A DNA stretch of 64,000 nt from Eledone cirrhosa. Its lineage: Eukaryota. Positions 1 to 12,300 of this stretch are shown here, piece by piece. Each line of letters opens with the position of its first letter. Position 1 is the first letter of the stretch. The translations under genes were made by a program, and so were the position numbers. The stretch lies in NCBI GenBank assembly GCA_964016885.1, contig CAXHJY010001551.1, positions 62,001-126,000 on the forward strand, given 5' to 3'. The notes below the pieces were generated by a model, which searched no databases, was not told where the DNA came from, and saw only the letters and a list, made by a program, of their open reading frames with translations.

Positions 1-1850
1 GCTATCCTAAGCTATCCTAAGCTAAGCTAAGCTAAGCTCTCCTAAGCTAAGCTAAGCTAAGCTATCCTAAGCTAAGCTAAGCTAAGCTAAGCTATCCTAA
101 GCTAAGCTAAGCTAAGCTACCTAAGCTAAGCTAAGCTAAGCTATCCTAAGCTAAGCTAAGCTAAGCTATCCTAAGCTAAGCTAAGCTAAGCTCTCCTAAG
201 CTAAGCTAAACTAAGCTATCCTAAGCTAAGCTAAGCTTTCCTAAGCTAAGCTAAGCTAAGCTATCCTAAGCTAAGCTAATCTATCCTAAGCTAAGCTAAG
301 CTAAGCTATCCTAAGCTAAGCTAAGCTAAGCTATCCTAAGCTAAGCTAAGCTAAGCTATCCTAAGCTAAGCTAAGCTAAGCTATCCTAAGCTAAGCTAAG
401 CTATCCTAAGCTAAGCTAAGCTAAGCTATCCTAAGCTAAGCTAAGCTATCCTAAGCTAAGCTAAGCTAAGCTATCCTAAGCTATCCTAAGCTATCCTAAG
501 CTAAGCTAAGCTAAGCTATCCTAAGCTAAGCTAAGCTAAGCTATCCTAAGCTAAGCTAAGCTAAGCTATCCTAAGCTAAGCTAAGCTAAGCTATCCTAAG
601 CTAAGCTAAGCTAAGCAATCCTAAGCTATCCTAAGCTAAGCTATCCTAAGCTAAGCTAAGCTAAGCTATCCTAAGCTAAACTAAGCTAAGCTAACCTAAG
701 CTAAGCTAAGCTAAGCTATCCTAAGCTAAGCTATCCTAAGCTATCCTAAGCTAAGCTAAGCTAAGCTAACCTAAGCTAAGCTATCCTAAGCTAAGCTATC
801 CTAAGCTAAGCTATCCTAAGCTAAGCTAAGCTATCCTAAGCTAAGCTAAGCTATCCTAAGCTAAGCTAAGCTAAGCTATCCTAAGCTAAGCTAAGCTAAG
901 CTCTCCTAAGCTATCCTAAGCTAAGCTATCCTAAGCTAAGCTATCCTAAGCTATCCCAAGCTAAGCTATCCTAAGCTAAGCTAAGCTAAGCTATCCTAAG
1001 CTAACCTATCCTAAGCTAAGCTATCCTAAGCTATCCTAAGCTAAGCTATCCTAATCTATCCTAAGCTAAGCTATCCTAAGCTATCCTAAGCTAAGCTATC
1101 CTAAGCTATCCTAAGCTAAGCTAAGCTAAGCTATCCTAAGCTATCCTAAGCTAAGCTATCCTAAGCTAAGCTATCCTAAGCTAAGCTATCCTAAGCTATC
1201 CTAAGCTAAGCTATCCTAAGCTATCCTAAGCTAAGCTATCCTAAGCTATCCTAAGCTAAGCTAAGCTAAGCTATCCTAAGCTAAGCTAAGCTAAGCTCTC
1301 CTAAGCTAAGCTAAGCTAAGCTATCCTAAGCTAAGCTAAGCTTTCCTAAGCTAAGCTAAGCTCAGCTATCCTAAGCTAAGCTAATCTATCCTAAGCTAAG
1401 CTAAGCTAAGCTATCCTAAGCTAAGCTAAGCTAAGCTATCCTAAGCTAAGCTAATCTAAGCTATCCTAAGCTAAGCTAAGCTAAGCTATCCTAAGCTAAG
1501 CTAAGCTAAGCTATCCTAAGCTAAGCTAAGCTAAGCTATCCTAAGCTAAGCTAAGCTAAGCTATCCTAAGCTAAGCTAAGCTATCCTAAGCTAAGCTAAG
1601 CTAAGCTATCCTAAGCTAAGCTAAGCTAAGCTATCCTAAGCTAAGCTAAGCTAAGCTATCCTAAGCTATCCTAAGCTATCCTAAGCTAAGCTAAGCTAAG
1701 CTATCCTAAGCTAAGCTAAGCTAAGCTATCCTAAGCTAAGCCAAGCTAAGCTATCCTAAGCTAAGCTAAGCTATCCTAAGCTAAGCTAAGCTAAGCTATC
1801 CTAAGCTAAGCTAAGCTAAGCTATCCTAAGCTATCCTAAGCTAAGCTAAG
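1..1850 (+). repeat. Copy of about 7.66-9.42 kb (offset ~7.6 kb)
   Basis: CTAC 117/7779, CTAAA 206/7868, CAATC 616/8208, CTCAG 1361/8937, CCAAG 1741/9317. Confidence 0.85.
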
Positions 1851-2500
1851 CTTAGCTATCCTAAGCTAAGCTAAGCTATCCTAAGCTAAGCTAAGCTATC
1901 CTAAGGTAAGCTAAGCTAAGCTATCCTAAGCTAAGCTAAGCTATCCTAAGCTAAGCTAACTTAAGCTATCCTAAGCTAAGCTAAGCTAAGCTATCCTAAG
2001 CTAAGCTAAGCTAAGCTATCCTAAGCTAAGCTAAGCTATCCTAAGCTAAGCTAAGCTATCCTAAACTAAGCTAAGCTAAGCTATCCTAAGCTAAGCTAAG
2101 TTAAGCTATCCTAAGCTAAGTTAAGCTATCCTAAGCTAAGCTAAGCTAAGCTATCCTAAGCTAAGCTAAGCTAAGCTATCCTAAGCTAAGCTAAGCTAAG
2201 CTATCCTAAGCTAAGCTAAGCTATCCTAAGCTAAGCTAAGCTAAGCTACCTAAGCTAAGCTAAGCTAAGCTATCCTAAGCTAAGCTAAGATAAGCTATCC
2301 TAAGCTAAGCTAAGCTATCCTAAGCTAAGCTAAGCTAAGCTATCCTAAGCTAAGCTAAGATAAGCTATCCTAAGCTAAGCTAAGCTATCCTAAGCTAAGC
2401 TAAGCTAAGCTATCCTAAGCTAAGCTAAGCTATCCTAAGCTAAGCTAAGCTATCTTAAGCTAAGCTAAGCTAAGCTATCCTAAGCTAAGCTAAGCTAAGC
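1851..2500 (+). repeat. ~0.65 kb subfamily II patch, copy of about 16.01-16.66 kb
   Basis: CTTAG 1851/16009, GTAAG 1906/16064, CTAC 2246/16404 and CTATC-TTAAG 2455/16613, all at offset +14158. Confidence 0.88.
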
Positions 2501-3399
2501 TATCCTAAGCTAAGCTAAGCTAAGCTTTCCTAAGCTATCCTAAGCTAAGCTATCCTAAGCTAAGCTATCCTAAGCTATCCTAAGCTAAGCTATCCTAAGC
2601 TATCCTAAGCTAAGCTATCCTAAGCTATCCTAAGCTAAGCTATCCTAACATAAGCTATCCTAAGCTATCCTAAGCTAAGCTATCCTAAGCTATCCTAAGC
2701 TAAGCTATCCTAAGCTATCCTAAGCTAAGCTAAGCTAAGCTATCCTAAACTAAGCTAAGCTATCCTAAGCTAAGCTAAGCTAAGCTATCCTAAGCTAAGC
2801 TAAGCTAAGCTATCCTAAGCTAAGCTAAGCTAAGCTATCCTAAGCTAAGCTAAGCTAAGCTATCCTAAGCCAAGCTAAGCTAAGCTATCCTAAGCCAAGC
2901 TAAGCTAAGCTATCCTAAGCTAAGCTAAGCTAAGCTATCCTAAGCTAAGCTAAGCTAAGCTATCCTAAGCTAAGCTAAGCTAAGCTATCCTAAGCTAAGC
3001 TAAGCTAAGCTATCCTAAGCTAAGCTAAGCTAAGCTATCCTAAGCTAAGCTAAGCTAAGCTATCCTAAGCTAAGCTAAGCTAAGCTATCCTAAGCTAAGC
3101 TAAGCTAAGCTATCCTAAGCTAAGCTAAGCTAAGCTATCCTAAGCTAAGCTATCCTAAGCTAAGCTAAGCTAAGCTATCCTAAGCTAAGCTAAGCTAAGC
3201 TATCCTAAGCTAAGCTAAGCTATCCTAAGCTAAGCTAAGCTAAGCTATCCTAAGCTAAGCTAAGCTAAGCTATCCTAAGCTAAGCTAAGCTAAGCTATCC
3301 TAAGCTAAGCTAAGCTAAGCTATCCTAAGCTAAGCTAAGCTAAACTATCCTAAGCTAAGCTAAGCTATCCTAAGCTAAGCTAAGCTAAGCTATCCTAAG

Positions 3400-6300
3400 C
3401 TAAGCTAAGCTAAGCTAAGCTTTCCTAAGCTATCCTAAGCTAAGCTATCCTAAGCTAAGCTAAGCTAAGCTATCCTAAGCTAAGCTAAGCTATCCTAAGC
3501 TAAGCTAAGCTATCCTAAGCTAAGCTATCCTAAGCTATCCTAAGCTAAGCTATCCTAAGCTATCCTAAGCTAAGCTATCCTAAGCTAAGCTATCCTAAGC
3601 TAAGCTATTCTAAGCTAAGCTAAGCTAAGCTATCCTAAGCTAAGCTAAGCTAAGCTATCCTAAGCTAAGCTAAGCTAAGCTATCCTAAGCTAAGCTAAGC
3701 TAAGCTATCCTAAGCTAAGCTAAGCTAAGCTATCCTAAGCTAAGCTAAGCTAAGCTATCCTAAGCTAAGCTAAGCTATCCTAAGCTAAGCTAAGCTAAGC
3801 TATCCTAAGCTAAGCTAAGCTAAGCTATCCTAAGCTATCCTAAGCTAAGCTATCCTAAGCTAAGCTATCCTAAGCTATCCCAAGCTAAGCTATCCTAAGC
3901 TAAGCTAAGCTAAGCTATCCTAAGCTAACCTATCCTAAGCTAAGCTATCCTAAGCTATCCTAAGCTAAGCTATCCTAATCTATCCTAAGCTAAGCTATCC
4001 TAAGCTATCCTAAGCTAAGCTATCCTAAGCTATCCTAAGCTAAGCTAAGCTAAGCTATCCTAAGCTATCCTAAGCTAAGCTATCCTAAGCTAAGCTATCC
4101 TAAGCTAAGCTATCCTAAGCTATCCTAAGCTAAGCTATCCTAAGCTATCCTAAGCTAAGCTATCCTAAGCTATCCTAAGCTAAGCTAAGCTAAGCTATCC
4201 TAAGCTAAGCTAAGCTAAGCTCTCCTAAGCTAAGCTAAGCTAAGCTATCCTAAGCTAAGCTAAGCTTTCCTAAGCTAAGCTAAGCTAAGCTATCCTAAGC
4301 TAAGCTAATCTATCCTAAGCTAAGCTAAGCTAAGCTATCCTAAGCTAAGCTAAGCTAAGCTATCCTAAGCTAAGCTAAGCTAAGCTATCCTAAGCTAAGC
4401 TAAGCTAAGCTATCCTAAGCTAAGCTAAGCTAAGCTATCCTAAGCTAAGCTAAGCTAAGCTATCCTAAGCTAAGCTAAGCTAAGCTATGCTAAGCTAAGC
4501 TAAGCTATCCTAAGCTAAGCTAAGCTAAGCTATCCTAAGCTAAGCTAAGCTAAGCTATCCTAAGCTAAGCTAAGCTAAGCTATCCTAAGCTATCCTAAGC
4601 TATCCTAAGCTAAGCTAAGCTAAGCTATCCTAAGCTAAGCTAAGCTAAGCTATCCTAAGCTAAGCCAAGCTAAGCTATCCTAAGCTAAGCTAAGCTATCC
4701 TAAGCTAAGCTAAGCTAAGCTATCCTAAGCTAAGCTAAGCTAAGCTATCCTAAGCTATCCTAAGCTAAGCTATCCTAAGCTAAGCTAAGCTAAGCTATCC
4801 TAAGCTAAGCTAAGCTAAGCTATCCTAAGCTAAGCTAAGCTAAGCTATCCTAAGCTAAGCTAAGCTAAGCTATCCTAAGCTAAGCTATCCTAAGCTATCC
4901 TAAGCTAAGCTAAGCTAAGCTAACCTAAGCTAAGCTATCCTAAGCTAAGCTATCCTAAGCTAAGCTATCCTAAGCTAAGCTAAGCTATCCTAAGCTAAGC
5001 TAAGCTAAGCTATCCTAAGCTAAGCTAAGCTATCCTAAGCTAAGCTAAGCTAAGCTGTCCTAAGCTAAGCTAAGCTAAGCTATCCTAAGCTAAGCTAAGC
5101 TAAGCTATCCTAAGCTAAGCTAAGCTATCCTAAGCTAAGCTAAGCTAAGCTATCCTAAGCTAAGCTAAGCTAAGCTATCCTAAGCTATCCTAAGCTATCC
5201 TAAGCTAAGCTATCCTAAGCTATCCTAAGCTAAGCTATCCTAAGCTATCCTAAGCTAAGCTAAGCTAAGCTATCCTAAGCTAAGCTAAGCTAAGCTATCC
5301 TAAGCTAAGCTAATCTAAGCTATCCTAAGCTAAGCTAAGCTAAGCTATCCTAAGCTATCCTAAGCTAAGCTATCCTAAGCTAAGCTATCCTAAGCTATCC
5401 TAAGCTAAGCTATCCTAAGCTATCCTAAGCTAAGCTATCCTAAGCTAAGCTATCCTAAGCTATCCTAAGCTAAGCTATCCTAAGCTATCCTAAGCTAAGC
5501 TATCCTAAGCTTAGCTAAGCTAAGCTAAGCTAACCTAAGCTAAGCTATCCTAAGCTAAGCTAAGCTAAGCTATCCTAAGCTAAGCTAAGCTATCCTAAGC
5601 TATCCTAAGCTAAGCTATCCTAAGCTAAGCTATCCTAAGCTAAGCTATCCTAAGCTATCCTAAGCTAAGCTATCCTAAGCTAAGCTCTCCTAAGGTAAGC
5701 TATCCTAAGCTATCCTAAGCTAAGCTATCCTAAGCTATCCTAAGCTAAGCTAAGCTAAGCTAAGCTCTCCTAAGCTAAGCTAAGCTAAGCTATCCTAAGC
5801 TAAGCTAAGCTAAGCTAAGCTAAGCTATCCTAAGCTAAGCTAAGCTAAGCTACCTAAGCTAAGCTAAGCTAAGCTATTCTAAGCTAAGCTAAGCTAAGCT
5901 ATCCTAAGCTAAGCTAAGCTAAGCTCTCCTAAGCTAAGCTAAGCTAAGCTATCCTAAGCTAAGCTAAGCTTTCCTAAGCTAAGCTAAGCTAAGCTATCCT
6001 AAGCTAAGCTAATCTATCCTAAGCTAAGCTAAGCTAAGCTATCCTAAGCTAAGCTAAGCTAAGCTATCCTAAGCTAAGCTAAGCTAAGCTATCCTAAGAT
6101 AAGCTAAGCTAAGCTATCCTAAGCTAAGCTAAGCTAAGCTATCCTAAGCTAAGCTAAGCTATCCTAAGCTAAGCTAAGCTAAGCTATCCTAAGCTAAGCT
6201 AAGCTATCCTAAGCTAAGCTAAGCTAAGCTATCCTAAGCTAAGCTAAGCTAAGCTATCCTAAGCTATCCTAAGCTAAGCTATCCTAAGCTAAGCTATCCT

Positions 6301-9300
6301 AAGCTATCCTAAGCTAAGCTATCCTAAGCTAAGCTAAGCTAAGCTATCCTAAGCTAAGCTAAGCAATCCTAAGCTAAGCTAAGCTAAGCTATCCTAAGCT
6401 AAGCTAAGCTAAGCTATCCTAAGCTAAGCTAAGCTAAGCTATCCTAAGCTAAGCTAAGCTAAGCTATCCTAAGCTAAGCTAAGCTAAGCTATCCTAAGCT
6501 AAGCTAAGCTAAGCTATCCTAAGCTATCCTAAGCTATCCTAAGCTAAGCTAAGCTAAGCTATCCTAAGCTAAGCTAAGCTAAGCTATCCTAAGCTAAGCT
6601 AAGCTAAGCTATCCTAAGCTATGCTAAGCTATCCTAAGCTAAGCTAAGCTAAGCTATCCTAAGCTAAGCTAAGCTAAGCTATCCTAAGCTATCCTAAGCT
6701 AAGCTATCCTAAGCTAAGCTAAGCTAAGCTATCCTAAGCTAAGCTAAGCTAAGCTATCCTAAGCTAAGCTAAGCTAAGCTATCCTAAGCTAAGCTAAGCT
6801 AAGCTATCCTAAGCTAAGCTATCCTAAGCTATCCTAAGCTAAGCTAAGCTAAGCTAACCTAAGCTAAGCTATCCTAAGCTAAGCTATCCTAAGCTAAGCT
6901 ATCCTAAGCTAAGCTAAGCTAAGCTATCCTAAGCTAAGCTAAGCTAAGCTATCCTAAGCTAAGCTAAGCTATCCTAAGCTAAGCTAAGCTAAGCTGTCCT
7001 AAGCTAAGCTAAGCTAAGCTATCCTAAGCTAAGCTAAGCTAAGCTATCCTAAGCTAAGCTAAGCTATCCTAAGCTAAGCTAAGCTAAGCTATCCTAAGCT
7101 AAGCTAAGCTAAGCTATCCTAAGCTAAGCTAAGCTAAGCTATCCTAAGCTATCCTAAGCTATCCTAAGCTAAGCTATCCTAAGCTATCCTAAGCTAAGCT
7201 ATCCTAAGCTATCCTAAGCTAAGCTAAGCTAAGCTATCCTAAGCTAAGCTAAGCTAAGCTATCCTAAGCTAAGCTAAGCTAAGCTATCCTAAGCTAAGCT
7301 AAGCTAAGCTACCCTAAGCTATCCTAAGCTAAGCTATCCTAAGCTAAGCTATCCTAAGCTATCCTAAGCTAAGCTATCCTAAGCTATCCTAAGCTAAGCT
7401 ATCCTAAGCTAAGCTATCCTAAGCTATCCTAAGCTAAGCTATCCTAAGCTATCCTAAGCTAAGCTATCCTAAGCTAAGCTAAGCTAAGCTAAGCTAACCT
7501 AAGCTAAGCTATCCTAAGCTAAGCTAAGCTAAGCTATCCTAAGCTAAGCTAAGCTAAGCTATCCTAAGCTAAGCTAAGCTAAGCTATCCTAAGCTATCCT
7601 AAGCTAAGCTATCCTAAGCTAAGCTCTCCTAAGGTAAGCTATCCTAAGCTATCCTAAGCTAAGCTATCCTAAGCTATCCTAAGCTAAGCTAAGCTAAGCT
7701 CTCCTAAGCTAAGCTAAGCTAAGCTATCCTAAGCTAAGCTAAGCTAAGCTAAGCTATCCTAAGCTAAGCTAAGCTAAGCTACCTAAGCTAAGCTAAGCTA
7801 AGCTATCCTAAGCTAAGCTAAGCTAAGCTATCCTAAGCTAAGCTAAGCTAAGCTCTCCTAAGCTAAGCTAAACTAAGCTATCCTAAGCTAAGCTAAGCTT
7901 TCCTAAGCTAAGCTAAGCTAAGCTATCCTAAGCTAAGCTAATCTATCCTAAGCTAAGCTAAGCTAAGCTATCCTAAGCTAAGCTAAGCTAAGCTATCCTA
8001 AGCTAAGCTAAGCTAAGCTATCCTAAGCTAAGCTAAGCTAAGCTATCCTAAGCTAAGCTAAGCTATCCTAAGCTAAGCTAAGCTAAGCTATCCTAAGCTA
8101 AGCTAAGCTATCCTAAGCTAAGCTAAGCTAAGCTATCCTAAGCTAAGCTAAGCTAAGCTATCCTAAGCTAAGCTAAGCTAAGCTATCCTAAGCTAAGCTA
8201 AGCTAAGCAATCCTAAGCTATCCTAAGCTAAGCTATCCTAAGCTAAGCTAAGCTAAGCTATCCTAAGCTAAACTAAGCTAAGCTAACCTAAGCTAAGCTA
8301 AGCTAAGCTATCCTAAGCTAAGCTATCCTAAGCTATCCTAAGCTAAGCTAAGCTAAGCTAACCTAAGCTAAGCTATCCTAAGCTAAGCTATCCTAAGCTA
8401 AGCTACCTAAGCTAAGCTAAGCTATCCTAAGCTAAGCTAAGCTATCCTAAGCTAAGCTAAGCTAAGCTATCCTAAGCTAAGCTAAGCTAAGCTCTCCTAA
8501 GCTATCCTAAGCTAAGCTATCCTAAGCTATCCCAAGCTAAGCTATCCTAAGCTAAGCTAAGCTAAGCTATCCTAAGCTAACCTATCCTAAGCTAAGCTAT
8601 CCTAAGCTATCCTAAGCTAAGCTATCCTAATCTATCCTAAGCTAAGCTATCCTAAGCTATCCTAAGCTAAGCTATCCTAAGCTATCCTAAGCTAAGCTAA
8701 GCTAAGCTATCCTAAGCTATCCTAAGCTAAGCTATCCTAAGCTAAGCTATCCTAAGCTAAGCTATCCTAAGCTATCCTAAGCTAAGCTATCCTAAGCTAT
8801 CCTAAGCTAAGCTATCCTAAGCTATCCTAAGCTAAGCTAAGCTAAGCTATCCTAAGCTAAGCTAAGCTAAGCTCTCCTAAGCTAAGCTAAGCTAAGCTAT
8901 CCTAAGCTAAGCTAAGCTTTCCTAAGCTAAGCTAAGCTCAGCTATCCTAAGCTAAGCTAATCTATCCTAAGCTAAGCTAAGCTAAGCTATCCTAAGCTAA
9001 GCTAAGCTAAGCTATCCTAAGCTAAGCTAATCTAAGCTATCCTAAGCTAAGCTAAGCTAAGCTATCCTAAGCTAAGCTAAGCTAAGCTATCCTAAGCTAA
9101 GCTAAGCTAAGCTATCCTAAGCTAAGCTAAGCTAAGCTATCCTAAGCTAAGCTAAGCTATCCTAAGCTAAGCTAAGCTAAGCTATCCTAAGCTAAGCTAA
9201 GCTAAGCTATCCTAAGCTAAGCTAAGCTAAGCTATCCTAAGCTATCCTAAGCTATCCTAAGCTAAGCTAAGCTAAGCTATCCTAAGCTAAGCTAAGCTAA

Positions 9301-12300
9301 GCTATCCTAAGCTAAGCCAAGCTAAGCTATCCTAAGCTAAGCTAAGCTATCCTAAGCTAAGCTAAGCTAAGCTATCCTAAGCTAAGCTAAGCTAAGCTAT
9401 CCTAAGCTATCCTAAGCTAAGCTATCCTAAGCTAAGCTAAGCTAAGCTATCCTAAGCTAAGCTAAGCTATCCTAAGCTAAGCTAAGCTAAGCTATCCTAA
9501 GCTAAGCTAAGCTAAGCTATCCTAAGCTAAGCTATCCTAAGCTATCCTAAGCTAAGCTAAGCTAAGCTAACCTAAGCTAAGCTATCCTAAGCTAAGCTAT
9601 CCTAAGCTAAGCTATCCTAAGCTAAGCTAAGCTAAGCTATCCTAAGCTAAGCTAAGCTAAGCTATCCTAAGCTAAGCTAAGCTATCCTAAGCTAAGCTAA
9701 GCTAAGCTGTCCTAAGCTAAGCTAAGCTAAGCTATCCTAAGCTAAGCTAAGCTAAGCTATCCTAAGCTAAGCTAAGCTATCCTAAGCTAAGCTAAGCTAA
9801 GCTATCCTAAGCTAAGCTAAGCTAAGCTATCCTAAGCTAAGCTAAGCTAAGCTATCCTAAGCTATCCTAAGCTATCCTAAGCTAAGCTATCCTAAGCTAT
9901 CCTAAGCTAAGCTATCCTAAGCTATCCTAAGCTAAGCTAAGCTAAGCTATCCTAAGCTAAGCTAAGCTAAGCTATCCTAAGCTAAGCTAATCTAAGCTAT
10001 CCTAAGCTAAGCTAAGCTAAGCTATCCTAAGCTATCCTAAGCTAAGCTATCCTAAGCTAAGCTATCCTAAGCTATCCTAAGCTAAGCTATCCTAAGCTAT
10101 CCTAAGCTAAGCTATCCTAAGCTAAGCTATCCTAAGCTATCCTAAGCTAAGCTATCCTAAGCTATCCTAAGCTAAGCTATCCTAAGCTTAGCTAAGCTAA
10201 GCTAAGCTAACCTAAGCTAAGCTATCCTAAGCTAAGCTAAGCTAAGCTATCCTAAGCTAAGCTAAGCTATCCTAAGCTATCCTAAGCTAAGCTATCCTAA
10301 GCTAAGCTATCCTAAGCTAAGCTATCCTAAGCTATCCTAAGCTAAGCTATCCTAAGCTAAGCTCTCCTAAGGTAAGCTATCCTAAGCTATCCTAAGCTAA
10401 GCTATCCTAAGCTATCCTAAGCTAAGCTAAGCTAAGCTCTCCTAAGCTAAGCTAAGCTAAGCTATCCTAAGCTAAGCTAAGCTAAGCTAAGCTAAGCTAT
10501 CCTAAGCTAAGCTAAGCTAAGCTACCTAAGCTAAGCTAAGCTAAGCTATCCTAAGCTAAGCTAAGCTAAGCTATCCTAAGCTAAGCTAAGCTAAGCTCTC
10601 CTAAGCTAAGCTAAGCTAAGCTATCCTAAGCTAAGCTAAGCTTTCCTAAGCTAAGCTAAGCTAAGCTATCCTAAGCTAAGCTAATCTATCCTTAGCTAAG
10701 CTAAGCTAAGCTATCCTAAGCTAAGCTAAGCTAAGCTATCCTAAGCTAAGCTAAGCTAAGCTATCCTAAGATAAGCTAAGCTAAGCTATCCTAAGCTAAG
10801 CTAAGCTAAGCTATCCTAAGCTAAGCTAAGCTATCCTAAGCTAAGCTAAGCTAAGCTATCCTAAGCTAAGCTAAGCTATCCTAAGCTAAGCTAAGCTAAG
10901 CTATCCTAAGCTAAGCTAAGCTAAGCTATCCTAAGCTATCCTAAGCTAAGCTATCCTAAGCTAAGCTATCCTAAGCTATCCTAAGCTAAGCTATCCTAAG
11001 CTAAGCTAAGCTAAGCTATCCTAAGCTAAGCTAAGCAATCCTAAGCTAAGCTAAGCTAAGCTATCCTAAGCTAAGCTAAGCTAAGCTATCCTAAGCTAAG
11101 CTAAGCTAAGCTATCCTAAGCTAAGCTAAGCTATCCTAAGCTAAGCTAAGCTAAGCTATCCTAAGCTAAGCTAAGCTAAGCTATCCTAAGCTAAGCTAAG
11201 CTAAGCTATCCTAAGCTATCCTAAGCTATCCTAAGCTAAGCTAAGCTAAGCTATCCTAAGCTAAGCTAAGCTAAGCTATCCTAAGCTAAGCTAAGCTAAG
11301 CTATCCTAAGCTATGCTAAGCTATCCTAAGCTAAGCTATGCTAAGCTATCCTAAGCTAAGCTAAGCTAAGCTATCCTAAGCTATCCTAAGCTAAGCTATC
11401 CTAAGCTAAGCTAAGCTAAGCTATCCTAAGCTAAGCTAAGCTAAGCTATCCTAAGCTAAGCTAAGCTAAGCTATCCTAAGCTAAGCTAAGCTAAGCTACC
11501 CTAAGCTAAGCTATCCTAAGCTATCCTAAGCTAAGCTAAGCTAAGCTAACCTAAGCTAAGCTATCCTAAGCTAAGCTATCCTAAGCTAAGCTATCCTAAG
11601 CTAAGCTAAGCTAAGCTATCCTAAGCTAAGCTAAGCTAAGCTATCCTAAGCTAAGCTAAGCTATCCTAAGCTAAGCTAAGCTAAGCTGTCCTAAGCTAAG
11701 CTAAGCTAAGCTATCCTAAGCTAAGCTAAGCTAAGCTATCCTAAGCTAAGCTAAGCTATCCTAAGCTAAGCTAAGCTAAGCTAAGCTAAGCTAAGCTATC
11801 CTAAGCTAAGCTAAGCTAAGCTATCCTAAGCTATCCTAAGCTATCCTAAGCTAAGCTATCCTAAGCTATCCTAAGCTAAGCTATCCTAAGCTATCCTAAG
11901 CTAAGCTAAGCTAAGCTATCCTAAGCTAAGCTAAGCTAAGCTATCCTAAGCTAAGCTAAGCTAAGCTATCCTAAGCTAAGCTAAGCTAAGCTACCCTAAG
12001 CTATCCTAAGCTAAGCTATCCTAAGCTAAGCTATCCTAAGCTATCCTAAGCTAAGCTATCCTAAGCTATCCTAAGCTAAGCTATCCTAAGCTAAGCTATC
12101 CTAAGCTATCCTAAGCTAAGCTATCCTAAGCTATCCTAAGCTAAGCTATCCTAAGCTAAGCTAAGCTAAGCTAAGCTAACCTAAGCTAAGCTATCCTAAG
12201 CTAAGCTAAGCTAAGCTATCCTAAGCTAAGCTAAGCTAAGCTATCCTAAGCTATCCTAAGCTAAGCTATCCTAAGCTAAGCTCTCCTAAGGTAAGCTATC

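Noticed and set aside
5690-5700. AG/GTAAG splice-donor-like and CTAAC branch-point-like motifs, plus dense AluI/DdeI sites
   Set aside because: Each is the consensus unit or a single substitution from it, with no exon, promoter or acceptor context to suggest function.
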